Source of the DNA: Vicugna vicugna
Lineage: Eukaryota
Assembly (NCBI GenBank): GCA_013265495.1
Contig: MU058221.1
Coordinates: 3,534,001 to 3,596,000, forward strand
Reading direction: 5' to 3'
Length of the DNA stretch: 62,000 nucleotides
In this document: one piece after another, positions 1 to 13,658 of the stretch
How the letters are laid out: every line of letters starts with the position of its first letter
Position numbering within the stretch: position 1 is the first letter of the stretch
The notes under the pieces: generated by a model
What the model saw: only the letters and a program-made list of their open reading frames with translations
Databases searched by the model: none
Told to the model about the DNA's origin: nothing
Made by a program: the position numbers and the translations under genes

Positions 1-2020
1 CAAGCATAAAGGATGGGCAAAAACAGATACTACCCTTTTAATTACCTTTTATCACTTGAATCTTCTTTACTTTGGCTTTAGTGGAAAGCATATAAAAGGA
101 GTCTTTGTGTGGCTCGATATTTCTGTAAGAATTAATGATCAATTTTAATTAAGCCATGTTAATATTTGCAGTTGGCTTGCTCTGACCCTTTTAATGCCTG
201 AATAATCAATAACAGTGCACGTTAACTAGCCGGTTTGTTCGAACAATATGTTTTTCCTTCACCCAACTTTATCTTGTCCACTTACAAAAATTACTTTCAT
301 ATATAAAGTTCATAAAGTAAATTAAAATTCCCTCTCCCAGTCTCTTTTCTTTTTTTCTCTTTTCCATCCGCCACATAGACACATATACACTGATGCACAT
401 GCATGTATATCCACTAACCAGCTTAGTCTTGCCCAAGTCACGGTTGGTTTTCAAAGATTCAGAATATTTTTATTTTTTAAGAAAGAAAGCTCATGAATAT
501 ATTTTTTAAACCTATTCAGCTACACATGGACCAAAAAGAACTCTAAAATTATGCCCAATTATAATTTTTTAAAAAAACAGATTTTTAATCATATCTTTTG
601 TTATCTGTTTAGTGGAAAATTTAGCCAATTGTCCCTCAAACACATGGATATGGTCCATGTGGATTAACCTGGAAAGCTAATTTTTTCATGGCATCACAGA
701 GGACAAATTCTAACGAATAATGAAGGCACTTTGATGTGACAATTCAAAAGTATATTCAAAAGCGAAGTTGGTGAGAGAGATTAGAATTTGAACCGTTGTT
801 GTAATTCAGTTAATGCTTTTTCTATTGATTTCAGCATCACCACTTCACCAAACCCTTCTTTGTTTCTCTCACTTCCGAGAGTGTAAGACCATAATCTCCC
901 AAACTACCCCTGCGGAAAGAGAGGACGGAGGTCTGGGCCAAGACTCATCATCCTTAAAGGCTATTAGGCACAGTGGTTTAAGCCTTGTTTCCGGCACTGG
1001 AAGCCAGCATGAGCTGCAATATGTCAGGGGCATGAAGTATCTTAAATGCAGCCAAGCTCTCTCCGTGAATTTTCAGTCCAAAAATAGTGGGAAGAGAAGG
1101 CAGCTTAGTTAGACAGCTCGGAGGCCAACGTGGGATACCAGAAAAGACAGACATTTTGAAGCTGGAGTAGCAATTGGATTACAGCATTTTTTGAGAAACC
1201 ACATCTCCCTGCCTCGTAAGTTAGAATGTGCTGATGGATCTGATTCTTCCTTCTTATCGCAGGTTCAGGTAGCACGTTTAACTGTCTTGACTCTAGAGAT
1301 TGGTGTAAGGATGGGCGTGCAACCCAAGCAGATCCAAGCAGAGTCCTATCTACATATTCTCTTAATGTCAACAGGGCACATGATCCCTGTTTTCTGGCGA
1401 TACTATGCTAGAAATGCATTAAACCAAGAAGAAATAAGTGTGTGACTGGAGGGAATGACTTCCAGCGCACAAAGGGAAATAAAGCTATGGCAGAGGAACA
1501 GAATCACGTCAGCTGCAGAGGGAGTGTTGTCTGGAGTCAGGTATACTGACATTCCTTCAGTTACGTGTGCCCTTTTGTAGACTAGTTTTGAACTCACTTT
1601 TGTTCCATGCCTCTGGATTTATGCATGCTGGAAAACAGGCAGGTTCTAAGAAATGCTGCATGATTTGGGAATCATGAGGACCCTTGTCTTAGTAGTCTTC
1701 ATTTTTCACCTTGTGAGCACTCTAGATAAACTATAACAGCAGGTGGATTTTAGAATGCAAATATACGTATTTCCCAAGACATTTTTAGAGATTTTGCCAC
1801 AGGAGGAAACCCATGACTGCCTAGATTAGAACCCAGTACAATGTCAGCTCAGGGAAGCACACTGGGAGACAGCTACCTCGCTGCACAGGGGAGACCATGT
1901 TGTAGTGTTTCCATGGCAAAGTGGATAAAACCGAAGGTCATCTTTTGGAAAATAGAGTTTTCAGGACCCCGGAAGATAGGCTCCCTAAAGGTCAGCTTAA
2001 AAGCAGTATTTGAGATTAAA

Positions 2021-2106
2021 AATATATATATATATATGTATGCGTGTGTGTATATATATATATATACACACACGCACACATATATATACACATATATATG
2101 TATATG
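2021..2106. repeat. Compound (TA)n/(TG)n/(CA)n microsatellite with a 36-bp perfect palindrome (2041-2076)
   Basis: tgcgtgtgtg-(ta)8-cacacacgca read directly from the sequence. Confidence 0.95.
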
Positions 2107-2364
2107 GACACAACGTGCATCCTAGCAAGGCGACAAGGTGAAGTCTGCCGTAGTTTACGTGGCGGGTCTGAAAGAAACGCTCCCTTTCCGGCCTCCCCTG
2201 AATTTGCGTTGCGCATCAGTTTTTCAGCCATCTTAAGTGTCTCTTTGCTGACTTTCTATCTATCCGTAATGGTTTTCACAGTGCCTTTCTGTCATCTGCT
2301 CACTGGCCAATCCCTAGCCAGTATCAGCTGTTTTAGAACCTGTTACAGAAGCATCATTCCTCTG

Positions 2365-3360
2365 GGTATCAGTCACCTTATTGTCTTTTGGTGCGTAACA
2401 AAGCGCCCCACCATGTAGCATTTAAAACAACCATTATTTACTTGATCACATTATTTTGAGTTGGCAACTTGGGTGATTCTTAACGCAGGTCTCTTCTGGG
2501 CTCATGTATGAAGCTAAAGTTCACTGGCAGGTGAGCAAGGGCTAGACAGTCTAGAACAATCCGGTGGGTGGTATTTTCCAAAAGCAGCCACACTGACGCA
2601 TGTTCCCATCTTTTATGCCATTATTACCATGCAGTATTGGCACGCCTTTCTTGTGACCTGGAGTTCACATTCCCTCCCCTTGAATCTGGAAGGGTCTGTC
2701 CCAGACACACGATTTCCGAGGCTGGGCTAAAAATGTGCGGTGTGGACCTAGCTCTGTTTCTTGAGATGCCTGTTCTTCAAGCAACCACGTATGCTGTTGG
2801 GGTGGGGGGGTCCAGCCTGGACCCTAGAGGGAAACTGCACTAAGAGTCTCCCGTGGAGAGGAACTCACACAGCCAGTCAGCAGTCAGCATCGGCCACGCG
2901 AGGGGTGTGAGTCTTCAGAGGCCTTTAGCCTTGAAACCGCCCCAGCTGACCGGTGAAGTGGAGGCGAGCTGTGCCTGCCAAGCCAAGCTCAAACGCCATC
3001 TTTTGAGGGGGAAAAAAAAAGTAAATCTTGTTTTAAGTCACTTTTGGGGTGTTTTTTTAATGCAGCATGAAATGACCAAAGCAGACGGCCTCAGTCGTAC
3101 GCCCGGCAGTTGGCAGCCTGTTGACTGGAGAGCTTCAGATCTTCTCAGGGTGTTTTCTCTGAGTAGAGGCTAGCTCAGCTCATTCGCATTTTGGTTCCAC
3201 GTTTCTAAGCGCAGAGAAAGAGAGCAGACCTTAAATGCCTGGCTGCTTTTTTGTTTGTTTGTTTGTTTCTTAAGTCACAGCTTGGGTCACACCTACTGAT
3301 GGCCCACTGACCCAAACACCCTGTCTCCACATTTACACCAGGCCAGAGGGCCCTGGCCAC
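2365..3360. mobile_element. Old MaLR (MLT1-type) LTR interrupted by a second MLT1 LTR (about 2575-3087, +)
   Basis: MLT motifs gcgtaacaaa...ttaaaacaaccattatttact, ccctccccttgaatctgg, and the terminal ttgttttaagtcac-ttttggggt...gcagca. Confidence 0.65.
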
Positions 3361-5827
3361 GGGCGCCGCAGGATGCAGCATGCATTCCGAAGGTGTACGA
3401 CCTCTGGCACCAAGTCAGATGCGACACGGTTATGACTAGTCTCCTTTCTGTGTAAGCTCCACAAAGTTCCTGAGATCCTCACCCAGGAGTAGCCAGGAAT
3501 TCGGGAATTTCCAGTGGATGTAATCAGTGCAGGCAGCTTAATGGGACGTGGAATAAAGACCGAGATTTTCAGGAGAAAATTAGACTGTAAGTCGCCACGT
3601 AGAATAGGTCCAAGGAGTCTCCTGGGAAGTGCAGCTTCTTGATGTTTTTCGCGCTCACAAGGCTCACTGGGGATGCATCCTGGAGCAGGACGTCACGAAT
3701 GCCGCTCTGAGACTTGAGCTAAGACACAACGTGCCGCTTCTCTTGTTAGTGCTGCCTTGCCTGGGAGCCAGGGAAGCTGCTTCCAACTTACAGAACAGGG
3801 GACTTGGAAAACCCCCTCTGGTTCCGAAACCTCAGGTGTGAGTGCAGATGCCCCTCCCTGGAGTAAGGAAGTTCGCATGGAGCTGGGCATTTGTGACGTT
3901 AAAACATCCTTCAACTGCCAAGACACAGTCACGGAACCTGGCTTACAACAGCCTAGGCTGTTTTCACTGGAGTACTTTAAAAACAGAGGTTTTGAAGTAG
4001 GTATTTACAGCTGTGGGTGAGTGAGTCTGATTTCTGTGGGGACGAGAGCTGTACCTTGCAGGGCTGAATTCGGGATGGTGGTCTGTTCACCAAGAGAGAT
4101 CTGGTGAGATAGCGTTCTGCCAAAGGAGGATGAGGAAGGGGCAGTCGGCCTGAGAAAAAGGTTGGGGAAGTAAAAGCTCTGAAGCAGAGGATGACCACAG
4201 ACAGAGGGACTTTGTGAAACATCCCAGTAATATTTCCTGAGCATTCAGAGCGTAATCAAAGGATGATATTATGTCAGACTACCTTCATTCAAAAATGAAA
4301 TGACCATTTTTGTAGGACACCATGTTTCGAATATTCTAAATGGTTAATCTTAACGATTAAGGGGAAAAGATATAAAGTGATATAAAGTGTTTCCTCCGTC
4401 TCAGCTGTGTGAAGAACAGCGGTCTCTAGCATCTGGGGAGTTTTGCTTTTCTGTTTTAATGTTTCTGGTGTGTTCGTGGGGGTTTCTGTGCAGATACTTA
4501 GTTTAATCTACCTGTAATACGTAGTCCATCATGTTCAGTCCTTAGCCAAACCACGTTTGTATTACCCATCTAATCCAGATGAATGCAAAATAATTCCCGT
4601 TAATTAAACAAATAAACCAAGGTCTTGACAGCTGCCAACGTTCTGGCAGTATTCCCACAGTAGGAACTTGGTGCACCGCAGAGCCTGGTAAGCAGGTCTT
4701 AGCATGACATAAATTGTCACTGCATGGTGCCGAAAAAAATTGTCACGGTGACAGGTATGGGGAAAAAAGATTTGGTGGTAATGGAAGACAGATTCATAAT
4801 AAGGAGCAAAGAAGTTTTGATTAGAAATCCATTCCGTCTCTGCACGACACACACACATACACTTGTGTAAACCTATAGAATCTGAATATAAAATGAATGA
4901 ATTGTGTCCAGAATCAGTCTGATTGGTACCAACCCACGAGCTCCTGGAACTTACAGGAACACAATTGATGGAGGCTGTTCTGCACTGAAGTTTTTGACAC
5001 CTTACTGGGAAATTCAATGGCCTGTCATCAGAGGAGGAAAAACATAGTTGCTCTTCTAGAACTTCTGTAGGAATTTGGAGAAGGCCCAGGTGATTTGTTT
5101 CTCATACGACCACATGGAAACAAACATAAACATTTATATGTTTGGGCAGCAAATGCTTTTGAAAGTAAAAATCAGCTGTAATTAAAAAGTGCTGAACTTC
5201 ATTTTATGAAATCCACGGAGTGTTTCTACAAATGGGAAATTTCCATATGTGGTTGTCATGGAAACAAGAAAGCTTCATGCTTTTTTTCCCATTCTGGATG
5301 CTGGGGGGAATTAAAATAAATGGGCCTTATCACGGGCCTTTGATTGTCTTCCAGTCTTGAGTGTGTTTGATTTCATCATCACACATGGTAAGAAAGCTGT
5401 ATCAGAAAAAATTACGTACATCTTCAGATGGAATGTCCTTAAAGAGTGAATACACTTTGCTTCATGAACAACAGAATCCTTGAAGTACGAGTGGCCCTTC
5501 TGTCCTTTCAGCAATACGAGACAGCAACGTAGAGCACTGAAGAATATGTTTTTTAAAAAATCCTAAGAATTCCAACTGCAGCATCTGAATCTGTTTGGAA
5601 AAATAACCATGGCAGATCGTGTTCAGAATCCCAACTGCAAGCCTCTGGACGTTTCTCAGACTCTCTCCTGTTAGATACAGTCCATAGACCTTGGCGTATT
5701 TTGATCAACATTTACAGGAACTCCTGTTGTGTTCTTTGCATGGAGCGTACACTGGTGATGCCGAAATGGCCAAAGTACCCATCAGGGTTGTCAGTCTACA
5801 GTGGGGACACCAAACTCATTTACTGCT

Positions 5828-6309
5828 ACAGGTCTCCCTCAACTTATGACAGAGTTACATCCCAGTAAATCCATCGCAAGTCAAACATGCATCAAATCCA
5901 CTAACCTACCAACACTCCTAGCTTAGCCGAGCCTCCCTTGAAGGTGCTCAGAACACTTACATCAGCCAATAGTTGGGAAAATCATCCGACATGAAGCCTA
6001 TTTTAGGATAAAGTGTTCAGAACCTCATGTTCTTTAGCGAATACTGCACTGAAAGTGGAAACCACCGTGGTGGTGCGCGTGCAGCGTGGCTGGACGTGTA
6101 TGGGCCGTTTATCCTCGTGATCACGTGGCCGACTGGGACTTCTGGCTCGCCGCCACCGCCCAGCACCACTAGAAAGTGTGGCTCAGAATATCACGAGGCT
6201 GGGAAAGATCAAAATTCAAAATCTGAAACATGGTTTCTATTGAATGGGTATCATTTTTGCATCATTGTAACGTGTAAAAATTTCCAGTCGAACCATCAGG
6301 GTCTGTCTG
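5828..6309 (+). mobile_element. TcMar-Tigger MITE, MER47/Tigger5-like
   Basis: ta|caggtctccctcaacttatga start, tagcttagccgagcct...gtgctcagaacacttacat core, and gtcgaaccatc...gtctg end. Confidence 0.8.
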
Positions 6310-7074
6310 TGTTGTTTAAACACACACTTAGACACACATGTGAACCCAACTGCCCTCTGCCCAATTGAAGTACAATGTTTTAAACCCAACTTTAGTGGAA
6401 AGGGGGTATAAAGCTTCAGCAGTCATGTTCCTGAGTTTCATCTGCGTGTATCAGAAATGAATCCAAGGCATATTAATGCTTTCCAGCTATAAAAAGAACT
6501 ATTTACATACTGCGTTTTACAGCTTCAGTTTGTTTGGGAGAAATAAGATAGTGCAAACAATGATGGATACATTCTTAAATAGAATAACTTCATCTCTCTT
6601 TCCCTGTATGCCCCTTCTCAGTTTCTCCTTATACATTTATGGCCACTTTGTATTTGTCTTTATGAATATTTCCCTCTTTCCTCCAAAGTACTTGCTAGCA
6701 GAATTTCTAGTTTCGTTCGAGAAGTTCGTTAGGAATTAAAATAGGCATGAAGTTCAATACAACATTTTGTTAACTGTGGAGTGAGGTAAAGCAAATGTTC
6801 TTTCACATTCTTACAGTTTGATTAAGTCAAAAATACTGAGGTTGAAATTGGAATTTAAACATACTTGAGTTTTAGATAAACTCATTTCAGTTAAGAAAAA
6901 GGACCTAACAAATGAACCAAGAGATCATATCTTGGGAGCAAACTAAGTTTATTAACAGAAACTCTCTCTTTCTCTGTCCTGGTTTTCCATTTACTGTCTT
7001 TGTGCCCTTGATTCACACATAAAATTTTTCCCTTGCTCTTTGCAAGTGGGTCAAAGCCCCTTAGTTTTTCCTTG

Positions 7075-7430
7075 CAAGACGGCACCGTGTGAAGGTCTGT
7101 GTATAGACAGCGATGGGCTGAGCTGGCGGGAGGAAGGAATTTGCGCCCTGGCTCAGGGGCCCTCTCACGGTCTGCGCGCCTCCCCAGCGCCTGGCTGGGC
7201 CGCGCGCGGTGAGCAGCAGCGCCCGGTGGCCGGGCGGACTCGTGGCGTCGTGCTTCCGGTGAGGCCCTGCCCCGGGAAGGGCGTTCTTACCATCTCAGCG
7301 GGCGGCTTTCCAGCAAGCTAACACTTCATTACTCCAGCCTCCTGTTGGAATTAATAATTCCTTATATTAAATTTCCTCTGTTCAAATTTTTATGTGCTTT
7401 TCCTTTCTAATTTGGACCCAGAATGATAAA
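7075..7430 (+). mobile_element. Probable ERVL-class LTR remnant with a CpG-rich core
   Basis: The 3' end ccttatattaaatttcctctgttcaaat...ttggacccagaatgata resembles ERVL LTR termini. 7080-7320 is very GC- and CpG-rich. Confidence 0.45.
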
Positions 7431-8584
7431 CTCCTCGTGATGCAATTATAGACAGCTCTGGCTTGGAATGATCAGTTTGTCTTAGAGAAGGGCTGAGTCA
7501 GTACCCCCCAGACAAAGCCATCCATCATGTGTTTACCTAGAGACCTCACGTGTTCATTCTGTCTTCCTTAGGCACGTCCGTTCTTTGGGCTTCTGTGTTG
7601 GCCCCGGGCATTATAGCCCATTCTGAGTCCGTTGCTGGCTCTTGATCCAGAGGTCCTGGAGACCCAGAGTTTCTCTGGAATTGTGTCTTTGCTTTGCAGG
7701 GTCTGCTACTAGGCGGTTATTGCTGCTTCCATCATTCACGTAAATATCACTATTTTTTTTCCATAAGAAAACTGTTTAATGAAGTAATAAAAGAAAAGAA
7801 TAATCAATGTGTAAGAAACTATAATTTACCCTACGTGGTAGCAAGTTGGAAAATACCTGCCAAAAGGGAATTATGAGAGTAAACTGAAAGCAAATATCGG
7901 AGTCGTGTGAACAGCAAATGAGGCCTGGGAAGAGATTAAACAGCTGTGCGCTGCTTCCCAGTCGACGCTCAGCTACCCTGAGAGCCAGAGCAGTCGGGAG
8001 TTCAGAGAAATACCACGTGGAGGGCGGGAAGTGTGATGTAAGGCGATGACGGTTAAGGGAAAGAGCGGGCTAGCAAAGAATCCTCTCCGCTGTGACCCTC
8101 GAACCCTGACACTCAAGCCTTCCCCCTCGAGCGGGTAACTTACATGCCTCCATCCTCAAGGCCAGGGTGACGCGTAACTGAGAATCCGTCATCCACAGAA
8201 CAGAGGAATTCAAGCAATCTCGGCCTAGGAGTTAGGCAAACGATAAATATGAAACAGACGTCTGTAGTCACAGTCCGTGAGATAAGAATGACTGCTTATC
8301 CCACAAAACCCACGTAGAACCGTGAACCTACATTTACTTCCCGAAGCGTGAGACAAGTCCATGATGCCGTTAGCCAGAGTCAGGTTGCCCAGAGAAGAAG
8401 GTTGGAACAGCCACTATGTCCTTATTTGTTGTCTTCTTTGCCCTCTCCATGGTCTCTCTATGTTTGTTGATCTGTCAGAGCAAAATTAAAACGGGACAAT
8501 ATCTCATTTAAATTGTATTTCTTCCAGTTTATCCCTGTGGAGTTACAGTGTAAGATTTTGGCCACCCACAGCGCTTTGAGGTGT

Positions 8585-8800
8585 TCCAGGCCTAGGTCTG
8601 AATCACAGCTTGGTCATCTGTTAGCTTCTTGAACTTGTTCAAATCAGGAAACTTCGCTTCACACTGCCTTTGTGTTTGTAAAATAAAATAGTACAACCTA
8701 CTTCTAGTTTTTGTTGCCTGGATTTAAAGCAAAGCATTTGTAAAACCTTTAATGTGGTGTAGTGCTTTCTGTGTCACACAGGCACAGCAAATGGTTTCTG
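8585..8800 (+). mobile_element. MIR SINE
   Basis: cctaggtctgaatc...ttagcttcttgaacttg...tgtaaaataaaatagtacaacctac core. Confidence 0.65.
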
Positions 8801-9810
8801 TTACTGTCAATAGTATTGTTACTTAAGATTGCTTCATTTATTTACATGATTTTTTTATCATACACAGAATTGTGATGGATGCTCTAGAGAATGCATGAAA
8901 TTAATTAAAATCACTTTACTTCTCCAGATTCTGTATTGCGAAATCTAGCTGCACACTTATAAACTATAAACACATTTATAAATGGAATGTTAACATATCC
9001 CCGAGGGACTGCCTCTCCAACGTCAGTCATTTTACTGTACTTTTGCATGAAATTGGGTAGCAGTGAATTCAAGATTTAACTCTAGAATGACTACATGATG
9101 TGGATTTTGTTGCGGATTCATTTCAAAGATATTCTGCTGTAAAATTCAAAAGGAATCAGTGGTCACATAGAAGGATCTGCAGAAATCTGTGGGAGCTATT
9201 TGTCATGGTTAGGTTAAAAGACGTAGTATTTGGTGCAGGGAAAGTTAAGAAAAATAATTTACCAGTTGTAGTTAGGCATTTGAGGGGTACTGCCATTTAG
9301 AGGTTAGGGACAAAAGAGGCAGACGTACGTAATGTCAGTGAGAGAGTTCATATTATACGATGTCATGGAAACCAGAAGCAAGCACTTCAGAAAAGTAGAA
9401 TTAAGCAGAAGTCAACAGAAAGTGCAAGAAAAAATTGGGATCAAGAAAAAGGTCTGTCACACATGTTGGTGAGGGTGTGGAGAAACTGGACCACTTCTGA
9501 AATGTTCGTGGGAAGGTAAAATGGCACAGCCACTGTGGAAAACAATATAGTGGTTCTTCAAAAAATTAAAAATAAGAATTAGCATATGATCCAGCAGTCC
9601 CACTTCTGCACATATACCCAGAAGAACGGAAAGCAGGGTCTTGAAGAGGTACTTGTACCACCATGTTCATAGCAGCATTATTCACAATAGCTAAAAAAAA
9701 AAAAAAAACATGAAAGCAACATCAACATACATTTAGGGACAAATAGAGAAGCAAAATGTGATATATACACCCAATGGAATTTTTTCCAACATTTAAAAAA
9801 AAAGGGAATG

Positions 9811-10926
9811 CTGAGAGGCGTCCAAAATGGTGATGTAGGAAGACCCGCCTCCTCTCACTGACATGCCAAATGTACACCTGCCGACAGAGCAATTCTTCCT
9901 GAAGAACTGAGGGCTGAGTGAGCAGCTTCCACACAGAGAGGGACCACACGGAAATGGATGGGGACAATTGAGGCACGGTATCAGGGGAATGCCGCCCTGG
10001 CACGTTGACCTGTAGGGGGAGAGATACCACTGAGGGGCCCAATGTAGACTTGCCTGCCCAGGGACACAGCAAAAAAGAAAGATGGAAGGGAGGGAGGGAG
10101 GGAGGAAGGAAGGGAGGGAGGGAGGAAGGAAGAAAAAGGAAGGAAGGAAGGAAGGAAGGAAGGAAGGAAGGAAGGAAGGAAGGAAGGAAGGAAGGAAGGA
10201 AGAAAGAAAAAAAGTTATATATATATATATATAGGTCTCAGTTTAAGGGCACCTACACTGTAAGGAAAGGAAATTCAATTGGTTGCCTTAGGGCACCTGC
10301 CCTCTGGGCAGGGAAATGCTGGAACTCTCTCTGGGGTCAAAAGCACTGGTGAGCACCACTGTTTGAGCCCCCTGGGATCCCACTCCGTCCAGATCTGCAC
10401 CATCTCTAGCCAGCCTGCCCAAAGTGGCCGGTGTATGTGGTCCGCACAAGGGATGCTCTCACACAAGGCCACTCTTTCAAGATGAGAAGAGATAGCTGTT
10501 TTGCCTCATTCATCGAAACAAATACACGAAATCAAACAAAATAAGGAGACAGAGTCATAAGTTCTAAACGAAAGAATAAGATAAAACCCCAGGGTGAAAA
10601 AAATAACCTAAGATGGAGATAAGTAATTTACCTGGTGGAATAGTGAAGATGACGCAAATCAATGGAAAAATATGCCATGTTCATGGATTGGAAGAATCAT
10701 TATTGTTAAAATGTCCATAGTCTCGAACGCAATCTAGAGATTTAATGCAATCCCTACGAAATACCAACAGCAGTTTTCACAAAACTGGAACAAATAACTT
10801 GTAAAATTTATACATACTATCAAAGACCTTGACTAGCTAAAGCAATCGTTAGAAAGAAAAACGACGTGTCACACTTCCAGACTTGAGACTGTGCTACAGA
10901 TTTATAGTAGTAAAATAGTGTTGCAC

Positions 10927-10969
<43 letters not shown>

Positions 10970-12370
10970 AACAAATACACAGAACAATGGAATAGAATAG
11001 AGAGCCTAGAAATAAACCCAAGCTTATATTTTCATTTAATCTCTGATGAAAGAAGCAAGAATATACAACTAGGAAGAGACAGTCTGTTCAACAAATGGTG
11101 TTTGGAAAACTGAACAGCATGCAAAAGAATAAAACCATTTGACCATTTTCTTACACTACATACAAAACCAAACTCAAAATGGATTAAAGGATTAAATGCA
11201 AGAACTGAAACCATAAAACTCCTGGAAGAAAGCATATGCTGTAATCTCTTTGACATCACTCTTAGCAATGCTTCCTTGGATATGTCTCATTAGCAAGGGC
11301 AACAAAAGCAAAAATAAACAAATGGGGCCACGTGAAACTAAAAAGCTTTTGCACAGCAAAAGAAGCCACCAATAAAACATAAAGATGACCTATTGAATAA
11401 GAGAAGATATTTGCAAATGATATATCTGATAAGAGGTTAATAGCGTTAATATCCAAAATATAGGGAAAAAAAAACTGAGACAACTCAATAAAAAACAAAC
11501 AACCTAGTTTTAAGAAGTGTGTAGAGGACCTAAACAGGATTTTCCCAAGGAAGACATACTGATGGCCAATAGGACCATGAAATGATGCTCCACATCACTA
11601 GTCACGAAGGAAATAAATGCAAACTTGATCCACAATGAGACAGCACCTCACACCTGTTAGAATGAATATTATCAAAAAGACAACAGGCAAGTGTTGGCCA
11701 GAATGTGGAGAAAAGGGAACCCTTAGCACTGTAGGGGGAGCTGTAAATTGGTGCAGCCACTTTGGAAGACAGCATGGAGATTCCTCTAAACCTAATAATA
11801 GAACTTCCATGGGATCCAGCGAATCCACTTATGGGTATTTATTTGAAGAAAATGAAAACATGAATTCAAAAAGATACATGTGCCCCTGTGTTCACGGCAG
11901 CACGATTTACAATAGCTGAGATGGACTCAGCCATAAAAAGGATGAAGTCTTGCCATTCGCAGCACCATGATGGACTTGAGGGTATTTGCTAAGTTAAGTA
12001 AGTTACAGAAAAACAAATGCTGTCTGATTTCATCTATGTGTGGAGTCTGAAAAACAAAACAAATGAACAAACAAAACAGAAGCAGACTCATAGATACAGA
12101 GAACAAACTGGTGGTTGCCCAAGGAAAGAGGTGAATGAGGTTAAGAGATTCAAACTTGTAGCTATAAAATAAATAAGTCACAGGGATGTAATGTGCATCA
12201 TACAGAATATAGTCAATAACACTGTAGCCGCTTTATAGTGTGACACATGGTAGCTAGATTGCTGCTCAATGTGGTGATCATTTCATAATGTATCAAAATA
12301 TCAAATCACTATGCTGTTCGCCTGAAACCAGTATTGTTATTGTATGCTAATTATCATTCAATCAAAAAAT
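9811..12370 (+). mobile_element. L1 with 5'UTR and ORF1 start fused to the ORF2 C-terminal part and 3'UTR (large internal deletion)
   Basis: 5'UTR start aaaatggtgatgtaggaagacc. Junction at about 10634. ORF2 remnants include track ORF 11635..11919 (HLTPVRM...CW..CGEKGTL). Contains (GGAA)n and (CA)n. Confidence 0.85.
10085..10232. repeat. (GGGA/GGAA)n followed by (TA)n
   Basis: Direct reading. Confidence 0.95.
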
Positions 12371-13129
12371 TAAGGGAAGGAATTTTTGACATATACTACA
12401 AAGTAGGTGAACCCTGAGGACAATACATTAAGTGAAATAAACCAAATACAAAAAGATAAATATTGTAAGATCTCACCTAAATGGGGTACTTCGAGTTAGT
12501 CAAAATCATGTAGACAGAAAGTAGAATTGTGGTTACCAGAGTCCGAGGGGTGGAGTGGAGTGGGGATTATGGTCTAGTTTTAGTTTTACAAGATGAAAAA
12601 AGTTATGGAGATGGATGAGGGCGTTGGTGGCACAACATTTATAAGTGTATTTCACGCCATTGAACTGTATGTGTAAATATGGTTAAGATGGTAAATTTTA
12701 TGTTACATGTATTTTGTCACAATAATTTTTTAAGGAAATAAGATTTTTCTGATTACCCTATTGAGATAATTCTCTAAAGAGTCAAGAAATAACTTGATGT
12801 GCACTAAAGTAGGCAGTGGATATATAGATCATGCATCCTGGGATATTGCGGTAGACGAAAGAAAAAAATGCATGGACTGCTTGAGGTAGCACTGACTTGG
12901 GTTCTATGCAAATTGAGAAGATCCCAGAATGCTTAAAGTTTTGGGTTGAGAGATGTAAGCAAGTTGTAAAGAAATAAGTGGAAAAAAAATATCACTGGAT
13001 GCCACTGATGGAAAACTATGCACTGTTAACAGAAACTTTTTCTAGGTTATTTAATTCTAGTATTTCATTCGTTTGAGCTATTTTACAATTTTCAAGTTGT
13101 AGATAGCTGATAGGAATTAAAAATAACTT

Positions 13130-13141
13130 TATATATATGTG

Positions 13142-13193
<52 letters not shown>

Positions 13194-13197
13194 GGGG
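13130..13197. repeat. (TA)n(GA)n compound microsatellite
   Basis: Direct reading. Confidence 0.95.
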
Positions 13198-13209
13198 GTC
13201 GGGCGGGTG

Positions 13210-13327
13210 GCGAGGGAGAGTTTATGGAAATAAACTACTTCCAGTGAAGGTTCTGTTGACTTCCCCTTCTCCTATGTGGCAGAATGCAGTTTTGCTTCAA
13301 TGTGTACATCATTTCAGTATTTCTGAC
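13210..13327 (-). pseudogene. Candidate distal exon: VRNTEMMYTL / HIGEGEVNRTFTGSSLFP
   Basis: Acceptor gtcacatttttag|GTC. IGEG..NR.F.G...LFP resembles the recalled RGSL1 C-terminal ITEGYLDRSVFHGAIMSVFP. The 3' end runs into a microsatellite. Confidence 0.45.
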
Positions 13328-13658
13328 CTAAAAATGTGACTTTGTTTAGAACTTTTTTTTTTTTAACTGGTTGCAGTACCTTACTGGTCACCTCTTTAAT
13401 AGTGAATTAAATAAAATCTTTAGCATATATTTATTTTATATCTGCATAAATATTATGATTTTATCTTTTTGGACAATGTTTCTTTAGTAAAATAGGACTG
13501 CAAATCATAACAATAAGGAAAAGGGTGATACAGAACCACCCACATGAACACACTCCCTTGACTGCAAACCAGACCCTTACACGGAATCCTTGCAGCTTTT
13601 TAACCTGGTGAATTTTAAATAATGCCATTGTCCCAAAGCCCTCTTTCTATATTCTTAC

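Larger units (their letters stand above)
9455..12732 (+). mobile_element. L1MB-type 3' end in two pieces (9455-9810 and 12372-12732)
   Basis: ORF2-end/3'UTR motifs (tatgatccagcagtcccacttctg, catgttcatagcagcattattcacaatagc) resume collinearly after 12372 (gaaccctgaggac...gacagaaagtagaat). Confidence 0.85.
9110..12990. mobile_element. L2 fragment (about 9110-9450 and 12735-12990) split by the L1 insertions below
   Basis: Degenerate L2-like motifs (tgtcatggaaaccag...gtcaacag) on both sides of the L1 block. Confidence 0.45.

Noticed and set aside
10005..10352. EGRK-repeat ORF, and similar CV/TH/ER-repeat ORFs elsewhere
   Set aside because: These are translations of microsatellites.
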